From Mytilus edulis (taxonomy: Eukaryota): a stretch of 64,000 nt of DNA. Below the pieces are notes generated by a model. The model was not told where the DNA came from and searched no databases. It worked only from the letters and a program-made list of their open reading frames with translations. Made by a program: the position numbers and the translations under genes. The stretch covers positions 64,170,001 through 64,234,000 of the forward strand of contig NC_092354.1 of assembly GCF_963676685.1 (NCBI RefSeq), read 5' to 3'. This document shows, one piece after another, positions 40,101 through 55,100 of this stretch (position 1 is its first letter; every line of letters begins with the position of its first letter).

Positions 40101-43100
40101 CATTGTTACTTAGCTGTCGAGTTTTCTCATTGGCTCTCATACCACATCTTCCTATATCTATTAAACATATCAAAATCTATCTATAAGGGCTACTTTGCCC
40201 GAGCGATATGAATCCTAAGTTTCTTTGAAATTTGTAAGAACCTATTTTGAATTATCGATTTTTGGTTGCCAGTGACAAATATTTTATGAATGATAGCAAT
40301 AAATACAACAGGGAAGGATTGTGGTAATTATTCATATGATGAAGATATAATATTTCAATTAGTTTAATTGAGGTCTGGAGCTGGCATATGTCAGTTACTG
40401 CTAGCTTTATATATAGTAGGCCTTTGTTAATTTATTATCATTGTCATTTTGATTAGTTTCTTTTGTTTCCTATCCTGACATAGGACTTGGATTTCTTTAA
40501 AAGTGCGTTTTACTGTGCGTATTGCTATGTGTTAGTTCATTCTACATTGACTAGAGGTATAGGAGGAGGGTTGTGATCTCACGAAACATGTTTAAACTTT
40601 TCGCATTTGTGCACCTGCGCCTGTCCCAATTCAGGAGCCTCTGGCCTTGTTGATGCTAGTTTAAATAGTTTTTAATATTTGTTTTAATGGATGCACAATC
40701 TTTAAATTTCAGTACTGTTATCCCATGTGATGTTTAATATGTTAAATAAAAATAAAACGATTTCTTCTTTTAAATTTTTATTTTGAAATTAAAAATGATT
40801 TGATATATTTTGTGCTATTTATTCCCAACTAAGAATGATTATAATCAGAGCCGTGTTTACATGTTCCCTCTTTTCGCCCCTTTTCTATTTTTGATATTTT
40901 AATCAAAAAATTAAAATATCAAACTTTCAAAAAGTGAAATAATCAAAATTGCACGTCAGTTTAGTATTTTAAAAAATTGATCAAATTTCTAAACTATCAA
41001 ATTTAAAATCATTATTTAGAATTTTAATTTTTCTTTCCTCACAATGATTATCGTACGATAACTTATAGATGCATAAATAACAAATACGGAACAATGATAT
41101 CCCTTGATACAAAAACAAATCCCTTTTCCTTTTATTTGCTATTTAAAAACAGAGGTTGATTTAGGGCCCCTAATGGAGCTACGTATATGATAAATGCATA
41201 TACGTTTTACAAGCATCAGTCCAAACGTTGCCAGTCTAAGGGAGCATTTTGCATTTTTAATTTAATTTGACTTTATTGGCTTTTTTTTTTTTTTAACTTA
41301 ATTTGATTCGAGCGTCTTTGATAAGTCTTTTGTAGACGAATTGCGCGTCTGGCGTAAATTACAAAATTCACAACCGGGTATCTATCAATAAAGAGTTTCC
41401 TGACTCCAGGCTACCAATATGTGATCTTACTCTTAATTTCGGCGTAAAAAGATATTAAAAACCTCCCACATTCCAGACTAGCACAACGTTCATTGCGACA
41501 CAATGAATTCAGATGTCATACCGTACCAAAACTTAGAACTGAAAACATTGATACAAGGCAATATATGATCGTCATGCAATCGATAAAAAATGACAACATT
41601 AACGTTAAAAGTTACTACCGAAGCGCTTTTCTGGATCAGGAACGCTCAAAGCTGAATATCTAAGGCCAACAATTAATTAAGAAAATAAATAGTTGATTAA
41701 AACGTTAAAGATGATCGTTAAAGATATATTCATCTGCCGACATGATTACAGAAAGTAAGAAATCGTAGAGCAAAACAGAAAAAATTGGAATCAAATGAGA
41801 TAAGGGACGACATCAAAAGTTCAATGCAGGATAAAAAAAAACTTGATTAACATAGTTTATTCACTGACCCCCACCCCCCTTTTAAATTTAATTTGGGAAA
41901 AATTGATTTACCAATATGGATATATGTAAAAATCGATTTTAGATATACAAAACTTGCAGAATTTTAACCCCCCTCCCCCCCCCTATTTTTAAAGTTTGAT
42001 CAAATTTCTAAACTATTAAATTTCTAAACGATATTTAGAGTTTTGATATATTAATTATTTGGTTAAAATTTCAAAATTTCAAAACTTTTACACAATTTGG
42101 AATTTTGATATTTTAAAACTTTGATCAAAATTCCAAAAATCTAAAATTTCAAAACTTTTTAAAACTTTGAATTGATAAGTGTTACACGGACCCTTTATCA
42201 TTGGGTCCTACATATCATGTATTTACCCTTTAATATTCCGGCTGCTGCTAGTTCTGGACAATCACCTCCCCCTCCGACTTTTACATTCGATATGGCGTTT
42301 ATCATATCTGTGCCACTACTAAAGGCTGTCGCGTTATTGAGGTTCTCTGAATTATTGTATAAAATACATGGAAAAACATTTGTTGTGTTTTGTTCAATGA
42401 ATTCAATTTAAATACAGAAATGCATGTGTTTATATCAAATCATAATATTACATAACATAAAATTGTTAATATACCTAAAGTCGGAAATGTTTCCCTTAGA
42501 AGTTCATTTAAGGAGGTAGACCTAGGTTAAGGGAAATAACTCTTAAAATCATCAGTACGTTTGTGTCAGCCATTTTCATAAATATGTTCTAAGTTTCTAA
42601 GATACATAGATTATTTCCAATCTGTTTCAGGTAATTGCTTAAAATTCATTGACGAAACTTGACTTTTACAAACGCATAACTGATTTAAAGAGTTATCTCC
42701 CTGAACCAAGGTCTACCCCCTTAAATAGCATGAAACTGTTTAAGTACTGTTTAACTTACTTACTTGAAATGTCATTAATTTTCAGAATATCATGATTATG
42801 AAATGAATGGACATAATTATGAGTTAACTGTGTATAAAACTTAGATTTGTTTCGAAATACTAAGGTTCTTCTACCCTACGAAGAGATTACTTAAAATTTC
42901 GGAATTTTAGGTCCGCAATGCTCTTCAACTTCGTATTTTATTTCGTCTTTTTTTTATTCGAGCGTCACTGATTACTATTTTTGTATATGAAGCGAATCTC
43001 ATTGTTTTCTACCATTTGTAATGCAATATATATATAAGAATATGCGGTATGCGTGCAAACTCTCTATCCTAGTCAATTACTTTGTGAGAAGTAAACCACC

Positions 43101-46100
43101 ATAGGTCAAAGTACGGCGTTCAAAACCTTTGGCTCACACGGAACAACAAGCTATGTATTTTTTGTAAAATTTGTTATTTGACTTATACGTGTATATTGAT
43201 ATAAATTCATCCATTTAATTGATTTAATAACAGAAGTTAACACACGAAAAAACATGTTTCATTGTGTGAATAAATTACTTACCTGGATCATTAAATAAAG
43301 ATAAAACATAGTTTACTGGTTCGTTTGCAGAGCCCAGTGTACTTGTAACAATTTGAATTATTTTCTCTTTTACTGAGGCTATTTCTTGACCCATAGATCC
43401 GGAATAATCAACAACAAACGATAATGACGTTTGTCGTCGTTGTGTGATGTGAAAAAGCAAATCAAATGTTTCGTTTCCGAGTTGTTGAAGAATTCCGGTA
43501 TCTGTTTTGGGAAAAAAGAATTTTATCAAAAATGCAAAATATTGTTATAATCACAATTTGACAGAGTTCAGATTTAGTGCATAGATAGACCAAACACGCG
43601 TAAACCTATTAAAAACCCGTTCGTTCAATATACTTTATTTGATTTGATTGTGATTGAACTGGTTTCGATTCATTGAAAATACACCAAGTAAAACAAAATG
43701 TTGCAGACTGTGATTTCTTTTTTGCAAACCTTAATTCCCCATAGTTCTTGTTTTTGTTCACAAAAGCTTTAAACTGTTATTACCTATTTCTGTCCGGTGG
43801 GACTTATCTTTCACATGATTTTAAAGACAATTCGAATTCATATCAATCTTCGTACTTTATTTGGCTTCATACCCTTGTTTTTATTCGAGCGTCACTCGGA
43901 CTTTGTAGACGAAACGCGCGTTAGGAGCAAAACAAAATTTCCATCATGGTATCAATGATGAGTTTTTTCGTATGAATGTTGTCATGTACATTTTATAATT
44001 TTTTCAAAATTATGAAAAAAAGTTCAAATGGTACAAATTATGTCAAACTTCTTTTTGTCAATTCATTTGGGTTGTAAAAGTGTTGACCGAAGTTCATTTT
44101 GTTTAAAGCACGGGAGCGTCTAAAATGTACGCATGGTCAACACTTTTACAACCCTATGCAATTATTTAAAAGAGGCATTCAATACTTATAATTACATTTT
44201 TGCACTATGATTATGAAAACACGATTACTATCAAGATTTTTTTAATGTCACTTAATGTAGAAAAGTGTGTCATCATGTTTGTTAAAATTCGTGCAATTCA
44301 AACTAACGTATAATAATGAAACATACAATGTAATTACTAGTATATGAATTTCAATTCAAGTGAAATTCACATAATAATTTGCCTATTAATTTTATGTATC
44401 AACTCGTTTGAGGTGAATTTCGCGTGAAGTTTTTCACACTATACATTGACAATGAGGATCGGTTGAAAACAAAACTTTACGACAAAAGATATGATTTCAG
44501 CTTCCCAATTGTGGACTTTCCATTTCTACGTAGCAACATTCCAGCAGCGCCTGCACACGGAGTATATATTTCCCAATTTATACGATATTTCTGGGCTTGT
44601 ATGTCCTCTCATGATTTCCTTGATAGAGGATGGCTGCTCACATAGAAGCTATTAAACCATGAATTCCAAATAGTGAAGTCATCCCTATGTAAATGTTACG
44701 CAATCACGAGTTGGTTGACCGTTATGGAATAACCGTTTCACAGATAATATCGGATATATTCCTTATGTCGAAACTACAATATCTTTCTCTTTTCCCGAAT
44801 GTGACCTATCGAATTAGACTATTTACTGGATTTATAATAACATAAGCAACACGACGGGTGCCACATATAGAGCAGGATCTGCTCACCCTTCCAGAGCACC
44901 TGAGTTCACCCCCAGTTTTAAATAGGGTTCGTATCGCTTAGTCTTTAGTTTTCTTTGTTGTGTCTTCTGTACTATCATTTGTCTGTTTGTCTTTTATTTT
45001 TTAGCCATGGCGTTGTCAGGTTATTTTCAATCTATAAGTTTGACTGTCCCTCTGTTATCTTTCGTCCCATTTATACGTGAGATTCATGTGAAGTTCAAGC
45101 TAGTAAAATTTGACAGTGTGGATTTGTATGTTTGATGATTATTTCAATTAAACAGAAATAAAAAAGCTTGAAATACTACCAGGTTTTTCAAAGAATTGTA
45201 ACGTTATTAGCAGACATCCTTATTGGTATTTACAAAATGTAACAAGTGAAACTGCGAGCTACTACTCACTGATGATACCCCCGCCGCAAGTGGATAATAT
45301 TAAAAGTGTAAAAATATGCAAGTGTTCGGTAAACAGGAAGTTGTCGAGTGATGAATCTGAAAACGCACCACACGGTATAGCTGACTTATAAAAATCCTGA
45401 AACCAAATTTCAGAAATCCTTGTATTGTAGTTTCTGAGAAAAATGTGACGAAAATTTTAAATTGGCTATCATGTGTAAAATCATGCAAGTGTTCGGTAAA
45501 CAGGAAGTAGTCGAGTGATGAATCTGAAAACGCATCACACGGTATAGCTGACTTATATAAATCCTGAAACCAAATTTCAGAAATCCTTGTATTGTAGTTC
45601 CTGAGAAAAATGTGACGAAAATTTTCAACTTGGCTATCATGTGTAAAATCATACAAGTGTTCGGTAAACAGGAAGTTGTCGAGTGATGAATCTGAAAACG
45701 CATCACACGGTATAGCTGACTTATATAAATCCTGAAACCAAATTTCAGAAATCCTTGTATTGTAGTTCCTGAGAAAAATGTGACGAAAATTTTCAACTTG
45801 GCTATCATGTGTAAAATCAGACAAGTGTTCGGTAAACAGGAAGTTGTCAAGTGATGAATCTGAAAACGCATCACACGGTATGGCTGACATTTATAAATGT
45901 TGATACCAAATTACAGAAAGGGTGGATGTGTAGTTCCTGAGAAAAATGTGACGAAAGTTTCATGGGACGGACGGACTGACGGACGGACTGACAGACAGAG
46001 GTAAAACAGTATACCCCCCTTTTTTAAAGCGGGGGTATAAATATGCATCAATACAATTATTAAAACGGGGGAAATACATAATATATAAAAATCATGATAT

Positions 46101-49100
46101 CTATAAACAAATACTCACATTTATAGTGCTTATAGAATTTAAGTTTGACTAACCGAAAAAAACACGTATTTATTTATGTAGTTTAAAACATTAATATATT
46201 TCCGTCGTCAATTTTCATTTTATCTATCGCAGTTTTGTTCTTGAAATCTCGAATCGGTCGAAAAAAAGCATAGGTTACATTATTAAGGTGGTTCATGAAA
46301 ATTATGACAAAACAAGCCCTTTTCCCTTTGCCTAAATGTATAAAATCATAAAAACTTGTTCCACACACTTTATTGGAAATAATTCTCGGAATTATAAGTG
46401 TTACCAAAGCTAACTATAATCACCGAGGAGCTTAACAACAGAAGGTGATTAAAAAGTTCATCTGATTTTTAAAAAAGTTATCTCCTTGTAGTTTTATGTT
46501 CCTCCTTCGAGCAAAAAAAACCCTACAATTCCTAAGTGAGCTAACCTTTATCTATTAAAAAATGTTTAGTTGCTGCTACAGCTGCGAGATAAGCATCGTC
46601 GTGTAGATGGTAGTGTGGTGACAGTCTCTCTATTGTTGTGTCTTTATTAATTCCACACTTCGCTGGCAAGCGTCGACTTGTATCAGTTGGTCCACCATGA
46701 CTACATTTTCCTGTCTTGGAACCCAAAGATCCTTAAAACCAATTCAAAGCAAACACTGGTTTAATTGAACATAGTTATATATGCGTATGTTGGTTAAGTA
46801 AAATATAATACAATAAACATATAAACAATGCATACCCTTATTGACTATTCTTCATATCAACATTGTAAATACTTTGAAGATTTAAAATTCATTCAGCGAT
46901 ATGTTAGATATGGTCATATTTATAAATCAACTGTTTATAAAACTTTGAATATTTTATAAACTTAGGCTTTTCTGCCTCAGGAACAAGTTACCTAAGCTAC
47001 ATTTTGCAAAACTTTTATGATTTTTTGTTCCTCAACGCTCTTTAACTTCGTACTTTATTTGGTTTTGTAACTTTTTTATTCGAGCGTCAGTGATGATTTT
47101 TTCGTAGACCAAACGCGTGTATTTTAGAGATACAGAAACCTCGGTGAACAATACAATACTCAATGAGACACAAGCAAGACAGTCACATATTTCATCAACT
47201 CATAGGAATCAATACGAAATAGCAGCAGACACGTTCAAATAACTGAATTTACCTATGTTTCCCCCCTCAGCTTCGGTAAAGCAACTCAGTCAGGTTAAAA
47301 TTGTTTACTGTGCCTTACATTTATTACTGTGGTAAATACACAGTAAATACACAAGAATTTACAAATTGATTCCACATACTGCCCAGAACTATGTTATGTA
47401 AAGTTACTTACTTGGGGGTTTAACATTTCCTCGACCATGGTGATATCCACTAGTTAGTTTGTTTTGTACTAACATGTTATCTTTACAGTCTTTACTACAA
47501 CAAATAAAAATAAACAAGAATGTGTTCATAGTACACGGATGACCCACTCGCAGTATCACGGACGGACGAACGGACGTACAGACCAGAAAACATAATGCCT
47601 CTCTACTATCGTAGATGCGGCATAATAAAATGATCAGATAAGAGGCAAGTTTCGAATTAAATTTAGTTATTTGATCAACTGAACTTGTTTTATTCGAACG
47701 TCTCTAGTGAGTTATTTGTATACAACTCGAGTCCGACGTACACATTGTAATCTTAGTATCTTTGATGAGTTTACTCTCAGTATTTGACATTAAATGTATT
47801 CGGAAATGGCATGTCTGTGCACGTAAATGTAACCTTTTAACAACTCTTCAGGTCAACTAGCCATATTCAAACGCATATGATCTTAAGACCGATATAAGTC
47901 CCCATGTCAGCCTTCTTTTCTAGTCAAACAAAAGATTTTTCAACTTTATCAGATATCAGATTCTTTAATTCTTAAAACATTATGTGTTAACAAAAATGCT
48001 TCTTTAGAAAATAAATTTTTTCGTGTATCGGCGTAAATTTAAAATGGTGCTTGATATATTAGATTAAATTGTTGCCATGATCCTATCAACGCTGATAATT
48101 TGACACAGACAAAATGACATTAAAATGAGTAACAAAATATGTTACATGCATTTTCTACCTTATTTGATCTCAAGTAAAACTGAAATAAAACTGCCTTACA
48201 ATGATTTCATTCGCAACATGGATTCGTAGCTTAATATTTTCACCTGATTGATATTTTCCGTCGTTCAATTTCGTAGATTACTTATTCGACATGTTCAATA
48301 AGTAACAGTTACACATTTTTGATTCATTGGTAACTGTTTGATATAAGATAGACTAATAAAATTTATCGCACTTTAAGACCGATGTTCACTTAATCAAGCA
48401 AACATAGTTGTACCATCTCAGAAGAATACAGTGTACGAAAAGAAAAGTTTTGTGGAGGAGAAGGTATGAAGAGTATATAAAAAGGCATGAATGTAGAAGA
48501 TGAGGAGAAGGTATGAAGAGTGTATAAAAAGGCATGAATGTAGCAGATGATGAGAAGGTATGAAGAGTATATAAAAAGACATGAATGTAGAGGATGAGGA
48601 GAAGGTATGAAGAGTATATAAAAAGGCATGAATGTAGAAGATGAGGAGAAGGAAAGGGTGCTAGTATATACATTGTAAGGACGAAGCGGATGAACATATA
48701 TATGGAGGAACAGACAGTATGATGAGGAGGATGAGAAAAATGTATACGGCAGAATAGAATACACATGTATGAAGAGAGGAGGTGAGTCAGGAGTAGGACA
48801 ATATAAGAGGACAGAAATGTCTTAAACCAAATACATGAACATGTGTCATGTCTTAAGTCATAGTCCAGTCAAGCTAAGTTTGAACTTCAAACTAATTGCA
48901 ACAGAAAATGTTTTAGTTCTAATCCATAGCATTAAGATTCAAATATACACAGGAAAAAGTCCCATAAAATTGAACTTGAGAAAACTCAAAATCAGCATTT
49001 ATAATTTCTTATGGAAATTAACATTGGAAAGGGACATAACTCCGCAATAAATAGTCCTTTTTTGGTCAGACTTTGGTAGATTTTCTTAAAATTCATGTAA

Positions 49101-52100
49101 AATATGATACCTTGATGGGGTTATAAGTTCGTATTTGACTGTATTAATTAATCTTCTGCTCATGGAATGTACAAAACCGAAGTGTTCGGGGTACTTTTTT
49201 TTTTTAGCACATTTTTCATTTATAAAAAATTTATGGCTTTGTGACCATTTTGAAAAAATAATATGAGTATGGTATTGTTTATATCTGTAAATTATATTTG
49301 TTCAGCATCTACCTAGTTTAAAGAAAATTTGAACCACAAAAAGAAGAATATATGCTTTATCAGTTTTATTCAATTTGTGATTCTTTACCTTGACATGCTG
49401 AAAAATGTAGTAAATGGTCAACTAATGAATTATGAAATCTAGGTGGAAGCTTGATAACAGATATGAAAACACCTTTAGAGTTGTTTGTTACACTAGAAAG
49501 ACGACTAAAATATCAAGAATCAATACATTATGTTGAATAAAAGCGGCAAAGTTATAATTTTGTATCGATTTTTATTGATATTCTGCCTTTTTTGCAGAGT
49601 TATTTCCCATATCAATGCAAATCTCGATAGGAATTTTAAAATCATGATTTTATAGCTTTCCTCAAGTTAGATTTGTTGGTCTTTTTTTGTGTATATTTGG
49701 GATATAATGCAGAAGATTAAAACTTTACGATCTTCTGTTGCAATTACTCCAGGGTTAGGGTACAATTTATGCTAGATTGACTGGACTATCATGCATCAAA
49801 TTTTGGTTCAGAACGGGAGAAAGATATTTTTTTAGTTTCACAATACGACCTACCTGTGGAAAGTGTGCCAGTTGATATACAGAGGATATATTATAATCAT
49901 AACCATATGAATAATGTGTGTGACAGATGCTTCGGCGAAAGACGAATTTGATTGTTTCATTTTATTTTCATGAACCTAAGTGAAATATATAACAATAACT
50001 GATGTGACCTCCATATGACATTTGGCATCTTGAATCTCAATATGCTTAATGGTCGGTCATATAACATGTATAAGAAGTTAAATCATATTTTGTCTTTAAT
50101 ATAACCCTTATTACATGTCTGTACATAAGTTGACGCCTATAAGTTCTGAGACTTATTGATACAATAAATATATTTACCCTATCCAACATATACATTCTTA
50201 AAATTTCGTATTTACCTAATTCCGTAATAATTTTCATTGAATGGATCATATTTAAAAGTATTACGACACAATGAATATAAATATAAAAGACCATCAAATT
50301 AGTATGTCAAAACAAACAAACGACAATAAAAGTGTCATCTCTTATCTATCTTTATATATCTCGCCTAATTAGGACTATAGTTTGTCGTGTGTGACTGTTC
50401 TATTGAACTTATTTTACTTTTCCATGTTTTGCAGTTCTTTTATCTAAAATTGAGAAAGGAAATGGTGAATGTGTCAAACGACAACAACCCGACCATAGAG
50501 CAGACAACAGCCGAGGGCCACCAATGGGTCTTCAATGTAGCGAAAAACTCCCGCACCCGTAGGCGTCCTTCAGCTGGCCCCTTAAAAATATGTATACTAG
50601 TACAGTGATAATGGACGTCATACTAAACTCCGAATTATACACAAGAAACTAAAATTAAAAATCATACAAGACTAACAAAGACCAGAGGCTCCTGACTTGG
50701 GACAGGCGCAAAATTGCGACGGGGTTAAACATGTTTAAGATATCTCAACCCTCCCCTTTACCTCAAGCCAATGTAGAAAAGTAAACGCATAACAATACGC
50801 ACATTAAAATTCAGTTCAAGAGAAGTCCGAGTCCGATGTCAGAAGATATAACAAAAGAAAATAAAAAAAAATGACAATAATACATAAATAACAACAGACT
50901 ACTAGAAGTTAACTGACATGCCAGCTCCAGACCTCAATTAAACTGATTGAAAGATTATGTCTTCATTATATGAATATCAGGCACAATCTCTCCCGTCAGG
51001 GATTTAGTATCATACTATCATAAAATATTTGAGAAGAACATAACCCATGTCATGCCAAAAACTGTTTTTTTTTTAAATAAATGTGTTTAGTTTCGATGCA
51101 AAGACCCTATAAGTGAATCAATATTAAAGCCAAAATATGCAATCTTTAATGACCTGACAACAGTATCGTAACTAGATCCCTTCTTAATAAGTCTGTTTAA
51201 AGGTTTTATAAGCCTTTGAGGTGAATACTGACATTGTTGTGTTTTGTAAAGAATATTACCATAAAAGATTGGATGTGAAATACCTGAACGTATAAGATGT
51301 CTGCATGTTGAGTTATCTTTACGAATTATTCCCTTATACCGATGATAAAATTTAGTGAATGTTTTGACTAGTTTGTGATATCGAAAACCCTGGTGTAATA
51401 ATTTTTCAGTAATACATAAATTTCTCTCACTAAAATCTGAAACGTTTTTACATACACGAGCGAATCGTTAAAGTTGAGATATATAAACACCATAAGATGG
51501 TGACAAGGGAACGTCACCATCTAAAAATGGATAATTAACGATAGGAAATGAAAAATCATCTCCTTTATCATATTTTTTTGTATTAAGCTTCCCGTTATAG
51601 ATATCAAGATCGAGGAAAGGGCAGTGGTCATTGTTAGTATTAGCTTTGTTTAAAGTAAGTTCAACAGGATACATTTCTTTAGTATACATACTGAAGTCGT
51701 CATTATTGAGAGCCAATGTATCATCCAAATATCAAAAAGTATTGTTACATTTTTGTATCAAATATTGTTTCGATGGGTCTTTGCTAATTTTAGTCATAAA
51801 TTGTACCTCATAACAATACAAGAACAGGTCCGCAGTAAGTTGTGCACAGTTAGTCCCCATTGGAATTCCAATAACTTGACGATATACGGATTCCCAAAGC
51901 GAACAAAAATGTTATCAAGTAAATATTCAAGCGAATATTTAGTATCAAAGCATGTCCAATTGACATAGTTCTTTTGTTTATTGCTACTAAAAAATGACCT
52001 AAAAGAGATTGAACATATGTACTAGCATTCTGACTTTTTAAATGCCACGTTAATTAGGAATGTGAATTTTTTCATAATAAGAATGTGAGGCAAAGTGGTA

Positions 52101-55100
52101 TATCTCTATTTTATCATATTATATAGTACACAGAATGGTACTTGAATTGTCCTTTATTGTATAAAAGTTATAATACTAGAATCCATTGTAAAGCAACATT
52201 CTGTACATGCTTACATCACACGACTCATTACCTCTGGGACGAACACAACCACCTAATACTACCACCAACTCATCATAGAACACCCTTTCAAAGAGACCTT
52301 TTAAAATTGTAATTGTACATACTACAGAATAGCCATCAATGTGAATGGGTTTTTATGACCCCATTTTGTACATTTTGCTTATGCGCAATACCAAATCCTA
52401 ATTTCGTTGTATTGTGAAAAAGTATTCAAGATTTGTCTTTGCCTGTTTATTTTATAACAATTACTGAAGAGACATGTATTGTCGAAATGCGCATCTGGTG
52501 CAAGAAAATTAGTACCGTTAATTTTATTACACATTATCATGCTTTAAACTAACTAACATGATTATATTAAAATACAGTGGGAAACATAGTTCAAAAGTTG
52601 GAGCAAAATATTAATGCAAGTTGTGAGGTTATGCTTACCCTATTGAGTAAATAATAAGAGATGAAGAAATCGAACAAAAACGATTGAAAATTAATGTTAA
52701 TAAAACAGAATATAGCACCAGCGACTTTTTTCCAAGAGTATTTATAAGAAAAGTAAATGAATCTAAGATTCGAAATCTAGATGAAGCTTTGGACCATTTC
52801 AAGTGCCCGAAAATTCCGGTTTTGAATTTTGTCCAGTGTCCTCCTTTAAATTATTTAATAAAAGTAGAATTCAAGGTTATGACTACATAACCGCTCACAT
52901 TGATAATAAAGAACTGCATCTTCATGCATACCACCAAAGATAATTGAATTTGAGGACACTTCAGGAAGAAATAAAAGTGTTACAAAACCTTCTTACGAAA
53001 AAAAGACATATGTGATATATAAATTTATTTTTAAATTTAAAACGATAGCTTCTGAGTTACTCACAGGTAAATTATGAACTTTTCGCAACAAAACTATGAT
53101 TTCGTTAAATCAAAATTTTGTTTACCAACGAATTCCATTAGAAACCTAAGGTATACAATGTAATTAACAAATTTTAATACATCATTTATCTAGTTCGTTA
53201 TATGATACAAGTAGTATGCTGCTTAGATGTCAACTTACTCAATGTTAGGTACGTCTTTACAAGTATCTTCCTCTGGATTGGCTATTGTCATTAATTGTTT
53301 TCCTTTAATACCTTCAAAATTTTAATCAGATAAAATAATACATACAGAAGATGAATAGGCGATTTTTTTAGAAAGTAAAAGGAGTCAAACAGCAACCTCT
53401 GTGTGTTTGATACCTATATAATGATGTTTTCCTTTTTAATATGATTACGGATTACATAAAGTCCGGAATGTATTCATTTGTATAATCATTTATCATTGTA
53501 ATTAGTGTAAATTTGATATCTTGTTTCTGAATAAACAGCAAATGAAACTTTCATCATGGAAGTATATATAAAACGTTTGTAACCATAATAAAAGACTCCA
53601 TCAGAATGTTTGGCTTTGTTGTTTCATACGTCGTGCAATATATCATAATTTGCAATAAGTTACGTTGATCGTCTTGCTTTATAGATGACTTTCTCAAAAG
53701 GCAGAAGCCAGAACACTTCCATCCATGCTTTCTGGATTTTGATAACATAGATGATGGAACGGTTCAATTTAACTAAATGTTGTCATTAATTGTATATACA
53801 TGTAAATCATATAAAAACTTGAAACCCAACATAAAAGTTATTTCAGGGGGCTCGATTTTTTTAAATATAGGATTTCGTAATTTTTTTTCTAAAAATGAAC
53901 TTTATCGTTTACTTATAGAAATTAAAATAAAAAATTGAGGTCCCCGTTCATTTAAACTCACAGTCTGCCTTCGAAGGAAGCATGCATTTTTGTTAAGGTA
54001 CTTTTTTTCTGTTAAACTTATAGAAGAAATATGGGTAATATCGAAATAAAAAACAAACTAAATTACAAAAATTGACTTAATTTTACAATTGTTTTGCTTA
54101 AGTACAGCTTATTTGAAAATAATAATAAAAAATATAGGTCACCGATGATGTGAAAAAGAAATTTTAATTTTAATGCAAAAAATGGCATTTTTGCACCAAA
54201 GTAAGATAATTCGGAGCTTTTCCAAAGACAAAAACATTTTAAAAGTCACCTGGGACCAAATAGAATTGATTTTTTGGGACGATTTTTCCACAATATCATA
54301 AAGTAACAAGTAATAGTGTTATAAATATATTTTATAATGAAAAAGATAAAGTTTAAAATGTTTCTGAAATTTTTGTACTCTCGAGCCTCCTTAAAATAAA
54401 AGATGGGTTCTTTAACTTTAAATCAATATCGAATTAAAAATTCGTATATGTAGGTCATTAATTTAAAAAAAAAACACTGTCACATGAATACCACAACTTT
54501 AGTCTATATACCACGAACGAATAAAATCCCAAAACAATATCAGGAAAAAGTAGGTATCATATATGTCTCAACATATTGTTTACTCTATGTCTATATTAAA
54601 ACCAAATTATGAAGTCCAAAAACATAGCAATCATTGCCTCGTCATCTTATATTATGTTATTTCATATTTAATAAAAACGACTTCGTTTCCATTTCGCAAA
54701 AGCTTTCTCAAATTCAACCATTAGATAAAACCACAATAAACTGCAATGCGTTCAATTCTGAGATTGAGGAAATGTTTAACTCACCAAAATCCAAATAAGG
54801 CTTCGGTCCATACATTTCAACCCAGTTTGTATTGCTATAAAATGATTGAATTGTATACAAACATTCACCAAGCTGTCTTCGTAGTTCGGTTAAGTCCTCT
54901 TTTCGTTCTAGTAATTTGCTTCTACAGGAAATTAAACTGCTATGTGCTGCAATTTTATATGGATATAGGAAACAAATCAACGAATATCATTATGATAATA
55001 TCATTTTGTTGGCAAAATATTTAAGATTCTTACATCATGTACATCGCTGTTTAAAATTAAAAAAAAAAATTCAACTACTTAGGTAATCCAACTGTCACAA

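Noticed and set aside
45300-45890. 196-aa and 154-aa repetitive ORFs; possible CRISPR-like array
   Set aside because: They arise from 168-bp (multiple of 3) tandem units with no unique spacers and no cas genes
48386-48766. Two overlapping low-complexity ORFs
   Set aside because: Read-through of a 47-bp minisatellite
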